DNA from: Bugula neritina
Lineage: Eukaryota; Animalia; Bryozoa
Length of the DNA: 64,000 nt
Reading direction: 5' to 3'
Assembly: GCA_964035545.1 (NCBI GenBank)
Contig: OZ037767.1
Location: forward strand, 10,426,581 to 10,490,580
Shown: positions 27,613-42,100 of the stretch, piece after piece
Layout of the letters: each line of letters starts with the position of its first letter
How positions within the stretch are numbered: position 1 is the first letter of the stretch
Position numbers and translations under genes: made by a program
The notes under the pieces: generated by a model
Seen by the model: the letters and a program-made list of their open reading frames with translations, nothing else
The model's database searches: none
Told to the model about the DNA's origin: nothing

Positions 27613-30168
27613 CTCTCACACTAACTCTAAGTCTTACAGTTACAGTACCTCTATGCCTAACAGTAACAATAACTGAGTAACAGTAACACTAACAGAGTAA
27701 CACTAGCAGTATCAGTATGTGTAACAGAAAGTGTAACTGTGTGTGTAAGACCAACTTTAACAGTCTTAGTCTAAATGCTTTTGTAACACTAACTATAAGA
27801 CTGATTATCAGTAGGTATAAGATTAACTTTAAGACTAAGAGTAGTAAATTGTGACACTGACAGTAAATGTAATCAGTAATGACTAAGGATTAATAGTAAT
27901 TAGTAATGCCAGTACATTTACTGATTACAATTATTACAACTACAAGTACAAATAGCAGTAGTAATCTTTTAATACGAGTACTATTACCACGTCTAATGTC
28001 TAATAACAATACTCAATCCTTAATAGTGATCATAATGATGATGATAATGGTTGATGTGTTACATTGCAGTTACTACTGCTAATACTAATAGTATTACTAG
28101 TATAGGTATTAGTTTTAATTGGGGATACTATCAGTAAGTGTAATTCAATTACACTTATTGTCACAGTTTCTGTTGGTAGCTAGCAATAGGAGTATTGTTA
28201 TAACTATTGGTATTAGTCTTTGAGTTGATATAATTTTAAATATAAGAATAACTACAAGTATATTATAAATATAAGCCTAAGGCATAAACAGTAGCACAAC
28301 ATTAAGTGTAAGTGTAGTTTTCAGACTGTGATGGTAATTGAAGTGATTGAATAATGAACATTTAGTTTTACATTTCTAACTTTACTGTCTTATAATTTTT
28401 CTATCAACTTGGCAGCTTCTTTTTTTCAGTCACTTTTAGTTTGAATTTGACATTTGCTGCCAAAATAAGATAGTTTCAATAATGTTTAATTATATCTTAA
28501 AAAAAAGATCTATATATGTATGTATATATCTGAATACTTTTACTTAATACAAATTAGTAAAACTAAGCAACCAATTTTTTAGCGACTGAAAAACATTTTG
28601 ATGCAATTAGTAGTTTTTTTTCAGTTACAAATAATTAAAATAGTGTACGCCACAATCTCTATCTCTGTTAAACAGTAAAATAAAGTCTTTACTTTGACTG
28701 TGGGCCACTAAATCTCAAGTATACATTTTGCATACCTAATTACATTGATGGTATAGTAGTGTAGGTTGCTAAGTATAGTAGTTCAACTATTAGTAGTAGC
28801 TACATTTTTATTCATAATCAATTTAGCTTATTTTATATATTATATATTATATATTATATATTATAAGTCAACAAAAATAAAGTCTAGTTATTGTATGTGA
28901 CCTCTGAAAATACAAAAACCTCATACCAAGTTGAAGTAACTATTAAACCAATAAGCAGTTCAGTGCATTTACCGAGGAGTGAATAAACACATAGTTTTGC
29001 TTTTTTCATACTGCAAATTGCTGTGTATAGCTGTTTGATCATTAATGTAACCTTAACAGTTATAATTATTTTTTACCCAAACAAACTGGAGCTAAAAAAA
29101 CCATGATTTTAGCCTTGGTATTGTTCTTCACTTTACTTGTTTTTCTTTATTGTTTTTTCTTGTAGGTTTACAATTTTAATCACATTTTATACATTATATA
29201 TTAGATGATTTTAAATCCACATTTAGATGTAATAAAAGTTGCAGTTATTAGTGTAACTAATTATACTTGTAACAGTTTTAAGGTTTTGTTCTGAATAGGA
29301 CTTGGTTAAAATTTATTTAATGATAATCCTCAAATTTGGGTTTGATTGCAATATGAACTAGATTTTGTTTGAGTAGATTGAAGCATTCTAACCCCATGGC
29401 CTTTCAATGCTTAGAGTAGTTAACTGCTTGATGGCAATGTAATTAGTAAAGTTTTGACAAAGCCCTACAATATCACTAGAATTGACTTTCATATTAGCAA
29501 AACAATTAAGTGTAAAATAAATATATGTAGGGATGAGCCGTAATCGACATATATAATGTGCTTTCAAAACTCCTAACATTATTTCACTTTACTTTGGATG
29601 TTTTAACTAAAACAAATTTCTGTTGCCAAACTGTTTTCAAAATTTAGAAAATTCTCTAATATTACATGATGTTACTCTCAACACAAAAGCTTTTTGCACA
29701 TTTGTCTAATCAAGCTTTTAGTATTTACTCACCAGTATTCAGTGTATGATGTTTAAACACAATAAGTAATTCAATTCTTATCTTTATCAAGTTAGTGTTG
29801 AAACGCTAAAAACTGAAGCCTTGTTAAAATAATTTACTAGCTTCTCATATTTTTTCACCAGGGTTTATTGTTTTCTTTCAGTTTTGTGGATATAATATAA
29901 TGATGAGACCCATGAGGTACTCTAATACAATGAATAATTCTTTGATTAATCTTTCTTTAGTTTTCCTAATATGTCAAATATAACAAAGAGATGAAGTTAA
30001 ATGAAGATTATATGTTGTTGATATTATAGTATTGTTTCTACATGACTTAGATTTGCAGGACAACTTTCAGCAGTCAATACGCTTGTCTTATCAGAATGAT
30101 CATTTCTAGTAACTAGTAACTTAGTAGCTATTGATAGTCATTGTGATTTTATTACAGGTGTGTGATAA

Positions 30169-33100
30169 ATGGAGGATGCTAGCAGCTTAGTTCTGTATGT
30201 TAATGGGAAAAAGGTGAGTGCTAATGGACATCTTACACTGACACAGCTTATGTTGATTGATTGTCATTATATGTGTATGTATGTATGTATATAATAGTTA
30301 TTATAGTATGTTATATAACATATAATACATATATTTTAATATCTGTAGTATACGTTATCTAAATATATATTATAGTTATTATAATATATGTTAATTGGTA
30401 TTATAATATATTTGATTTATAATTGTAGTTTTGTGTTGACAATCCTGATCCTGAAGACACACTGCTGCAGTTTTTAAGAGAGAAATGTAGCCTGAAAGGA
30501 ACCAAACTGGGATGTGCAGAAGGGGGGTGTGGTGCCTGTACCGTCATGGTATCTGAATGGAATGAGAACGAAGGCAAAATATTGTATCCTTGCATTGCTC
30601 TACCAATCATATAAGCTGATCAGCATTCTAATACCATAGAAACAGTCTTACATGTAACATACAAGCCATTAGTGTAGTTTCTAAATTATAATTTAGACCA
30701 TTTATTGTAACCAGAGATACTCAATTTCATCATAAAATGTAGCTGAGGTAGCTTCTCTACTTTGTAATGTATAGTTTGATGAAAACTAAGTTTTACAGAT
30801 TCTGACATTTAAAATAAACATTGTCTTCAATCAGCATTTCTTTCATAAGTTGAGAAAGATTGCACAATTGGAGTCGGGACAGTATTTATACGAGTATATA
30901 CACACATGGTAATGTTATCAACACACCTAGTTGAACAAATCTCAAAATGGCTCCTAAATTTATCTGCTGACTCTCTAGCTGTATACTGTGTTTCAATATT
31001 ACTGTTTACTTTCAAATATAAACATGGTTACTTTGACTTTGAAGTAGTGTTCTTGATCTAATTTTGGCAATTAAATTTGATTTGGTTGGAGAATGTGCTG
31101 GAGGGGGGGGGGGGGGGGGGGGTGGTAATGCCAAACTTTCCTCTATTTCATTGATTAACATAGCCATTTCTGACAAAATTCTAATTCTTTTTGTTCAGAA
31201 ATTTGGAAATAAAAGATATTTCAATAAGTAAAATTTTTATTAGGAAACAAATTGTTCAAGTAAGATTTAGAATATAGAGGTTTTTAAATGAAATAAATAA
31301 AAGATTGAATTAGCTCTCTGAAGTTGGACTTTTTCTGAGTTTTGTGATGACCTAATTTGCCTTTGAAACTTTTATTAAATAAATTCTTGATTGTTGAATT
31401 ATAAACTATTATAAAACTGCAAGTATACCTAGGCTGATGGTTTGGTTGTTTAGAACTTTTCAAACTGTTGACGTGATTTCTTTAGTCAAGCATTTAGTTA
31501 ATATTTCAAAAATTGTATGTTTTGACAACTGATGAATAAGATTTTTCCGCAAATTTCCTTAACTGGCTGCTAGACATTATGCAGTAAATGCTTGCTTGGC
31601 TCGACTAGTTGCAATGCACGGCAAATCTGTCATCACCGTGGAGGGAATTGGGAGCACCAAGACTAAACTTCATGTCGTGCAGGTGTGGCAACACGGAGTT
31701 CTGTAGCAACATAACAAACACTGTAACATAATGACTCATTTCATTTTAATTATTAGTAAAAAATGTCATTAGCTTTTTCATGATGCTTTGACTCCACTTT
31801 ACCATTTAATCTTGCAATTCAACTTCCAGTGCATTTGAACTTAGCTTATAAACTTGGCACAGATCCAAGTAAATAGATTGCTGTTTAAAGATATATAGTG
31901 CTAAATGCTGGCTAACACTATCTCTGCCATTTAGAGTAAAGATCAAGGCCAAAAATTCTTTATTACCACCTTAGAGCTTTTGTTTATCATTCTAGTGGCA
32001 CTGATAATAGTATCTGTAATCATTCTTAGATATGCTAAGTTTAGTTTTTGTACTTCAATTCGATACAATTTAACAATTAGGAACTAAGTGAAAACTTTGA
32101 AATTTGTAAAGATGTGTAACATAAAGATATATTTTGTTTTTTCCAATATTATAGTAAAGTAAAATTTGGGTTAAAGTTATTAATGAAAAGCTATAATTTA
32201 ATTACCTAAATATTTGCGATTGTTAGAAGTTCTTTCAGACAGAAAATTTTTTAGTAGTTTTATAATAGTCAAGAAAGCTAAAAATTGATAGCTTTAGCCA
32301 ATACATATTTCTAGTTCTATCTTTCTCTATTTTATTTTACCTGCAGCTTCCTCTGCTATTGGAAGAATATATTACACTCTATAATATTGTATATGACGCT
32401 ACTACAAGTTTCAATGGCATATATTACTACTATATATATTACCACTGTAAATATTACTACCATATGTTATATTAATACTATATACACTATATATTATTAC
32501 TGTATATATTACCACTGTTTATATTACTACCATATATTACCATAGTATATATTATTGCTGTATATATTACCACTGTATATATTACTACCATATATTATTG
32601 TACTGTATATATTACCAAGGTATATATTACCACTCTATATATTACTAATATATATTACACACACAGGAGAGACTGGCCAAATCACATGGATCACAGTGTG
32701 GTTTCTGTACTCCTGGCATTGTCATGTCAATGTACACGCTACTGAGGAATTCTCCCCAGCCCACCCAGGAGGATCTGATGAGTGCCTTGGAAGGTCAGTT
32801 TCAACTTGATTTACTGAGAACTACTTGGTACTACTGAGTACTACTGAGTAGTACTGAGTAGTACTCAGTAGCACTTAGTACTACAGAGTCCTACTCAGTA
32901 GTACTTTGTAGTACCCAGTACTACTTAATAGTACTAAGTACTACTAAGTAGTACCTAGTTATATCAGTTTACTACTATGATTAAGTATGTAGAGTACATT
33001 TCCCTGATAATCAGTTAATGTAAGATGTGAACTTTTTTGTTAGGTACAACTATATTGTATTTACATAATGGTATTTCAATATTTTAGTGCAACTGACCTT

Positions 33101-36100
33101 GTCTAACTATTAACAAGTAGTAAGCTCATGTCCTGTATTAAAACACCTTGCCTCATCTGTCATATGTCACATTGACACATGTGTGTCAGATGTCAACACA
33201 CTTATGTTAACTCAATCAGGACTTTGTGGTAGCTACATGACCATTTCAATGGTAACAATGCTCTCACCATGACTTTTATTATGGATGCTGAATGCTGGAT
33301 GCAGGACACAACTCAACTTTTTGCTTAATGCCAACAGTTTATATTTCTCACAAAACTTTAACAATTATTCAGGCAATACAGTCTAAGTTGCCTGCATCTT
33401 TAACAAAAGCAAATTTTCCTCTTTCAGTTCTTGAGCTGTACTGACTCATCAAACAAAAGCTACCAGTAAAAAGCTATTGCAAAGGTGGTCACAAAAAAGC
33501 TTTCATCAAACAATGTTTTACTTGAAGCTAGAACAAATAGCTGCTGTAACAACCGTCCCTGATAAAAGGGGTTTTTGTTAAATTGGGCTAAGGACTTATT
33601 CATATGAGGCACAGGAGAAATTATGACTGGATGCTCTTCCTAACATTACCAATGGCCTTTGTTTGGGCTCGAACCCATGACCTCGTGCTTACTAGGCAAA
33701 TGCTCTAACCCCTAGACCACGGCTGCTCCCTTTTTCACTTTTCTTATTGACTCCAAAAATAAATAGTACTTTAGCAGTTTTTTGTTCAAATAAATTAAAA
33801 TACATAAATTTTAACTAAGATTAATTATAGAAGACTAAAAATAATTATAACATGTTATTAGTGGTAATAATCTAAGGAGCAGCTGTGGTATAGTAGTTAG
33901 AGCACTGACCTAGTATGCCAGCCTGCTGTGCATGCGGTCATTGACTGGACCATTGATGATGTCAGAGAGGGCATGCAGTCATAATTACGCCACAGTATAC
34001 ACAAAACTTACCATTAAGGCTTCTCACTAAGCCTTAACAAAACAAGTGGGAGTTGTGGAGTGGCATGAATTGGTTCGTTAGTGTATCAACTATTCTATTT
34101 GAAATAAACTCATGTGGGTTTATAGTCGCCATCTCTGTGAGAATCCCTGATAGGAAGAGCTTTTTTAAGTAGGCTAAGGACTTGTTTTCTATTGTAACTG
34201 GAAACAATCATGACTGAATACTCTTCCTAACATCACCAATGGCCTTTACTGGGGTTCGAACCACTGACCTTATGTTTACCAAACTAATATTCTAACCTTT
34301 AGACCACAGCTGCCCAATACAGAAGTGGACCTGAAACTTTACTCATGTCATTAGCTTGTAGTGTGTAGGAAAAGGACAGTAAAATGATCTTTTGAGAGCT
34401 GCTATTTGTATGTTTCCATCATTCCTATTTTTGACTGCAGCTTTTTGCCTAGGTTAGTTTATTAGACACAAAAACCCAGAGCTGAATCTTTTTTTGTTAA
34501 TTTTAAAAAGTGATTGAATTAATTACAGCAAATATAGATTTATTTTATATTTTGATATAAATTATCTATTTATAACTATATACAGTTATATAACTATATG
34601 AAACTATATATATTATATAGTTTCATATAGTTTGTGTGGCTTCAAAAATATGTCTAAAATCTAACAAAATAATTCAATTAAATATGTTAGAATTTGAGTT
34701 GAATTTCAGTCATCGAATGTAACCCATAGTTGAAGGTCATTGCTTACTATTTATAATGCTTTCATGCAGCTATAGTGGAATAACCTGTTCCTATTAGTTG
34801 ACCCAATGTGAATAGCCATTCTATTCCCATTAGTTCATTTAACCAGTTCTAGTTTACATACTAGTTACGGTTCCACCTCAATGGAACTTTTGGCCAATAG
34901 TTTAGGACTTATGTGACGCTTTGCCTTACTGTATTGTGTAGTACTGAACATTTCATAATTTTTAGAGTTGTGCTCACTTGATGAGTTTGTTCGCCAATAA
35001 TAGCATTTGATTTTAATGAGAGTCACATTACAAAATTCCACATTGACATGCGAATTTCTAGATAAATACAAGTTTACAATAAAAGACAAGTTTACAGGAA
35101 ATGCTTGTCGGGTGACCATAATGACAGGAAGTGATGTATTAAAGAGCTGCTATCAACCTTAGCTGCTCTCTATTTGTAGGAAACTTGTGTCGTTGCACTG
35201 GTTACAGACCAATTCTTGAGGGATTCTCACAATTCACTAATATGTCGTGTGCTATGGGAGATAACTGCTGCAAAGTGAAAGGACCCGGAAAAAATTCCAA
35301 ACCGGCAGACAACGAAGAGGAAACAACTCCACAGAATGTGTATGATCCTTCACAAGAACCTATATTCCCACCTGAGTTGAAGGTAACTCAAGGTTATCAC
35401 AACGTCGCACGTTTTCAGTGCTACTGCTAGAGATTTTCAGTCATCACTATGACTATGTTGTGTTGTTGTAGCTCAACGCCTTTCACAAGGAGTTCAGACA
35501 TTACAGAGGTGAAAGGGTCGAGTGGTATCGGCCAGTAGAGTTGAAAGAGTTGTTGGAGCTCAAGAAACAGTATCCTTCTGCCAGACTTGTCTGTGGCAAT
35601 ACGGAAATTGGTAGGTATTTAGAATATGTAGGAACAAAGGCTGTGTGTTGTTTATTTTATATACAAATGTTGAAGTAGCGTCGCTCTTCATAACCTCTCC
35701 TATCTCCGCTCTGTCCTGTTTGGGTAGTGGGTGTCTGCCGGAGGCCTAACCCTATCTAACGCTGTATATAACATCCTCTTCAGTAAGGGAACAGCATGAT
35801 TTCCAAGGATGTTTTTCCTTCCTTTGACTCTCATCTCGTGTACTCTTCTGATGCCATCATCGTCATTTCTCTCTCTCCCTCTCTCCCCCTCCCTCTCTCC
35901 CCCCTCCCTCTCCCTCCCTCCCTCCCTCCCTCCCTCCCTCCCTCCCTCCCTCCCTCCCTCCCTCCCTCCCTCCCTCCCTCCCTCCCTCCCTCCCTCCCTC
36001 CCTCCCCCCCTCCCTCCCTCTCTCCCTTCCTCTCCCTCTCTCTCTTTCTCTCCTCTGCACATATCATGTTCAAATCACTGCAACATTCTTATCATCATGT

Positions 36101-39100
36101 CTAACACATTCGTGACACTCACTTCTAGCTTTATGCTTTTATTGGTTTTGTGCTCCCAAGACTGATTCCCAGACAGTATCAAAAGATTATCATCTCACAT
36201 ACACTAAAATCTCTCCGCAATATAATTCCCCAATGGCCATGTTTTAGCTCCATACAGTAGCACTGGTCGTATCACTGTCTTGTAAATGAACACTTTCACT
36301 TTCTTTTGGACTGTCTTGTCACACAATGCTACCTTCAGCTCCTCCATTCATTCTGGGTTCTGCCAGTGTGCACTTGTACCTCTGCCTTAGTGAATTATAA
36401 TGACTCTTCATCATGTGTCTGTTATATTGGCCTTCCTTTCTTAAGGAGTGGAAGTGAAGTTTAAAGGCCTCCACTACCCCGTGATAATAGCCCCGACTCA
36501 CGTGGAGGAACTGAATCAGGTTGAGGTGGGTGAGACTGGGGTCTGGTTTGGCGCCTCCGTCACTCTGACTAAGATGGAGAAAGTTCTAGAAGGACAGATA
36601 CACTCTTTGCCTGAGCATGCAACTAGAATCTACTGCGAGATTATTGAAATGCTGAAATGGTTTGCCGGCCGCCAGATCAGAAACGTCTCAGTGAGTGAAG
36701 CTTTTATTTAAATGTGAAGCTGAAAATGTCCGGCGACAGAAGATGTTTTGTGTACTGGAAGAATGTGTTCACAGCCTATTAGGGACGCCCTGTATGCGCT
36801 GTTGAATATAATACAAGTAATATGAACTGTTTTGTGTGCTCACAGGCTATTGCTGAATGTTCTAGAATGAAATTTGTAGTCTATAGCTGGGAATCTGATG
36901 ACCGCCAGTCCGATTTCTGACTTGAATCCCCTCTACCTGGCAGCAGGGGTGAAGATCAAGGTCATGTCAGCAGGTGTGTATATACTGACTTCTACTGAAT
37001 ATACTGACTTCTACTAAATATACTGACTTCTACTGTATATACTGACTTCTACTGTGTATACTGACTTCTACTGTGTATACTGACTTCTACTGTATATACT
37101 GACTTCTACTGAATATACTGACTTCTACTGTATATACTGACTTCTACTGTGTATACTGACTTCTACTATATATACTGACTTCTACTGTGTATACTGACTT
37201 CTACTGTGTATACTGACTTCTACTGTATATACTGACTTCTACTGAATATACTGACTTCTACTGTATATACTGACTTCTACTGTGTATACTGACTTCTACT
37301 GAATGGTATATGCATACATATATGAAGTATTTTATTATAAAATAGTATAACTCAACTATGTAGGTAGAAAGTAAAATAATTTAAATTATATGTAAGCTTA
37401 TTTATTATTTCTCTGAAGTAAAGACATTTACACTCATTCTAGATCGTTACACGTGCTTTATACTTTTTTATGTCATATTGAATGTATCTAATGTGTCTGG
37501 TAGTGCAATGCTTAATCAAGTTATTATCTAGTGTTGATATTTTTAAGTACATACGAAGAGTACATCCGTGTTGCACACAGTTTTAGTGACGTACCTGCAT
37601 ATACTTGATGTACGGGTATATTTGTAACACAAGCAGTTCAAAGTTCCACATTAACGTATCAGCATTAGTGAATTGTGGCTTGTGTTTACTAACTTATAGA
37701 CCTATGATATTCATATTCATATACTATGTGTATATCTATCCTCACTACATATGGAGATGAGCATATATCATATCTTTATACAAGTTTGTATCTATTTAGT
37801 GTATTATATGTCTCCTTAGCTGCATATATACAAGCATACATGATACATATATACAGCATGTGAATCCTATATTATAGCCGCCTATATTGCTGTTATTATT
37901 TCAGATAGAGGTGCAAGGGAGATAACACTAGATGGAAATTTCTTCATCAGTTATCGTAAAATAGCTGTGGAACCAGATGAAGTGTTAATAAGTGTTCATA
38001 TCCCTCAAACTAGCCAGGTATATTATACTATCATACATTGTGCATACTATTCAGGTATATTATACTATCTTACACTGTACATACTATTCAGGTATATTAT
38101 ACTATCATACACTGTACCTACCTACTATTCAGGTATATTATACTATCATACACTGTACCTAGTACCTACCTACTATTCAGGTATATTATACTATCATACA
38201 CTGTATATACTATTCAGGTATATTATATTATCATACACTGTATATACTATTCAGGTATATTATACTATCATACACTGTACATACTATTCAGGTATAATAC
38301 ATTGCTTACTGTATATATTATATAATACTAACATACTCACTGTATAATAACACTAATACACTCACTAACTAACCAATACTCACTACCAGTGACTGTAGGT
38401 TAGTGATCATCCCAGAACTATGCACACATTATTTCTAGTGTTTTATTCTTTGAAGTGTGAGTTTTTTGCCGGCTACAAGCAAGCACACAGGAAAGGAGAT
38501 GATATCGCCACTGTCAACTCTGGAATTAAAGTCAAGATGGACAAAACAATGAAAAAGGTGACCTTTACATAACCTTCATCCTGTATTCAACTTTATTATG
38601 TAATATCTAGATACTGTGCATACTGACACTCTGTTTCAAACGAATTTCCTGGAAATGTTCATCAATGTTGGTGAGCAAAGTTTATTTGTTTTCTTCTAAT
38701 TTCCTGTGTGACAAGGTGTTGGTGATATTATAGGTAGAGGAGATTTCACTGGCGTTTGGTGGAATGGCACCGATAACGAAGACATGCCCACGGACCTCTG
38801 CAGCTCTTGTAGGCAGGTCAGTGTTGTATAAGATATCAGTTCTACAGATACCAAATCATCCGCAAGTGAGTCATTATCCTGAATTAATTCAAGTCATCTA
38901 TGTACAAAATTTGCTGTAAAACCAATATGTTTGCACATACTACCCTGAAGTTGTATTTAACTGATATTCAAGATATATATAATATTGGTGAATAAGTAAA
39001 TACTGAATAAATGTAATGTGTGGGACTGAAAATTAGTGCTACCATTAAACATATTCTTTGCGAAGGTTTTTAAGAGTTGCCCCATCTTTTCATTAACTGA

Positions 39101-42100
39101 TTTAGCAAAAACTATTTCTAAGGAAAAGAAGAAGTTATAAAACTAACACATTTCGGCATACCACCCTGAAGTTGTATTTAACTGATATTCAAGATACATG
39201 TGAATAATTTAATACTACATAGATGTAGCGTGTTCGAGATTCTTCAGGTAGACCTGCTGATTTTGAAATGACTTTTGTGGGCAGTGTTAGAGTGTTAGTA
39301 ACATACTGTAGTGATAGTAACATACTGTAGTGATGGTAACATACTGTAATACAGGGAGTGGGACGAAGCTCTACTAGAAGAAGCTATCAAGTGTCTGAAA
39401 GAAGATCTCCCATTGGCTGATGGAGCCCCTGGTGGTATGATAAACTACCGCAAGACTTTAACCATCAGCTTTTTCTTCAAGTTCTACGAGACAGTAAAAT
39501 ATAGAATATCTAAGTTACAGGTAGCTACAGGTTCTTTGCAATAGTTCTTATCTAGACTCTAGAGTGTTCATGTCCTGTAATAATGGTGGTGAAAGACAAA
39601 AAACAAATGCACGAATGTTCTCTCATCTACTCTAGTGTATTTCTGTTAGATAGTTATCTTCAATACTAATCAGGAAAATTTTATCTATATGCTGACATCA
39701 CTTTGATATTTTAGTATTGATCATTCTTCTAATTTTACCAAAATTTAGTACATTTTTTATTAAGACTATCACAATAAGTTCGCTTTCTGTCAACTCTAGT
39801 GCTTAACTGTAGTCCTTATCGGTCCCAAAATTCAATTCCAAGATTTTAATTCAGATAGATGTTCAATTATTTTTCAAAAGTAGAGTTTAAAGGCTTCAGT
39901 TTTTGCAAAATGAAACCGAGAATAAGCTAACTAATATAAAAAGTGGCCAAATGAAAAGTATTTGGGAAAATTAAAAATATTAACAACATTTTACCTGCAA
40001 CGCATCTGGTAAACTCATGTGAAATTGCTAACCACTTTTAATGTTGCTAGGCTAAAGAGTGTACTGAATGTAATGTTGCAGAGTTCTGAGGAGAATGGTT
40101 CAAAGCCAGACTTGAGTTGCATTGAGAGGCTGGAAAGAGGACCAACAAAAGGTATTCAGATCTACCAGGAGGATACAGAGAATGCGTCTGCTTGTTGGAA
40201 GGCTTTGCCAGCTCATTCGGCTGAACTTCAATGTAGTGGAGAGGCTCAGTATGTTGATGACCTGCCTACATACACAGGTGCTTACTTACTCTACATGTCA
40301 TAAAATTTCACTCACTTGCTCTACATGTCATAGGGTCTTGCTCACTTACTCTACATGTCATCAAGTATCACTCACTTGCTCTAGGTGTCAAAATATTACT
40401 CACTTTCGCTACTTTTCATAAAATGTCACTCACCTGCTCTACATGTCATCAAGTATCACTCACTTGTTCTATGTGTCATAAAATATTTCTCACTTGCCTT
40501 ACGTGTCTAAATTTTTTTTATAATTTAATAAATGGTTTACATCATGACAAATTTTATACTAACTCTAGAGCTTCAATGATTGTAGACGAGTTGTATATGG
40601 CTCTGGTGTTTAGTTCAAAGGCTCATGCTAGAATACTTTCGATTGATACCAGGGAAGCCATGAAGTGTTCAGGTGTCAGGAGTTGTCTCACTGCTAAAGA
40701 TGTGCCTGGCAGTAATAACACTGGTCTATTTGGTGATGAGCTCATATTCGCAGCAGATGAGGTGAACACTTGTTATACATTTTTTTACTGGATGAATAGA
40801 GTTATGTTCTCATTCACTTGATCCTTGTAATTCCATGGTAATGTATTCTCTCGTTTTCGTTTTCAGTCACTGATTGGTAAGCTCAATGAGTCTGGTTCGC
40901 TAATACTTCTTCTCTCACAAACAACATCTACAATGACTTTTAAATTTATTTTAAAATAATGTTCAAGTCAAAATCTCACATGTCTATCATTAGCACTAAT
41001 TTGGACACTGCATGTCTTGGTAAAACCAACCAAAGCACTGAAATGGATAAGAATTTTTCTTATCAAGTAGGCAACAATTGGTACTGTTGAAATTGAAAAT
41101 CTTAGTTAGTTCAAGACTAGTAACTAATAACTATTTCAGACAAACCACAACTTTAGTTGGAATGCTAGACCATCAAATGTTCTAGCATTGATCAGTTTAG
41201 ACAGTCACCCGAATAGGTTTCAGCTTAGTTGGAGTTCTTATGATTAGTTAATTGGTAAATATCAAGAGGACAATGCACTTGGTGAATCATTCACAAAAGT
41301 ACAGCAGATTGTAATAAAATAATCAACTGATTTTCATGAGAATTTTTTACTTCTGCTGTTCATTAGCAAAAATGTAGTCAGTATTCTTATTTAAAGCACT
41401 TGTCAGGGGCTGAGCCAGTTATATTTTATTTGGTGTATCCTCATTAGATTAAAAACTATACAAATAGGGATATAGATGAAATATTATTGCACTTAGTTAT
41501 AAATTTCTTTTTCTCTTTTCTCACCTGAAATTCTGCAGTCGTGTGTGGGTAGCTATAGTCTATTAATTATAAATAATTTGCTTAGTTTTACTTTTGTAAT
41601 TAAATCAATAAACCTATAAATAAATAAAGCTTTAAATATTTATAATAGGTAAATATTTACTAAAGAATGATCATAATTACTGTATTAATAAATGGCATTA
41701 CGTCATTAGATGATAAGGTTACTTGATGCTAATGGTCTGTGGGAATGCAAAGATGAAATTAATACATGGACAGCAAACATTGATCAGTTGAGACTATTCT
41801 TTGTTGACGTGACTATGACTATCATCCTATCTCTTAGATATATGTAGATCTAACCCTAGGCAGTAGTGAAAGTGATGAAATCAAATTTAAATTATATTTT
41901 AATTATGAAAACTATGCATATGGTGTCCAGTTTAGTGATTTTTTAATATTTAATTAAAACTTTGGTGCTGGTAATGCATTAAGTAGTTACTCAACTATTA
42001 TTGTAGGGTCTTTGGCCAGCTTAGGATATGACATCATCGTTTGCAAAGGGTATCAGTACTATCAACATCTTACTGCTATCAATACTATTTCATTATTAAA

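Noticed and set aside
35700-36165. GREG/PPSL-rich ORFs
   Set aside because: Translations of the (CCCT)n microsatellite in XDH intron 6.
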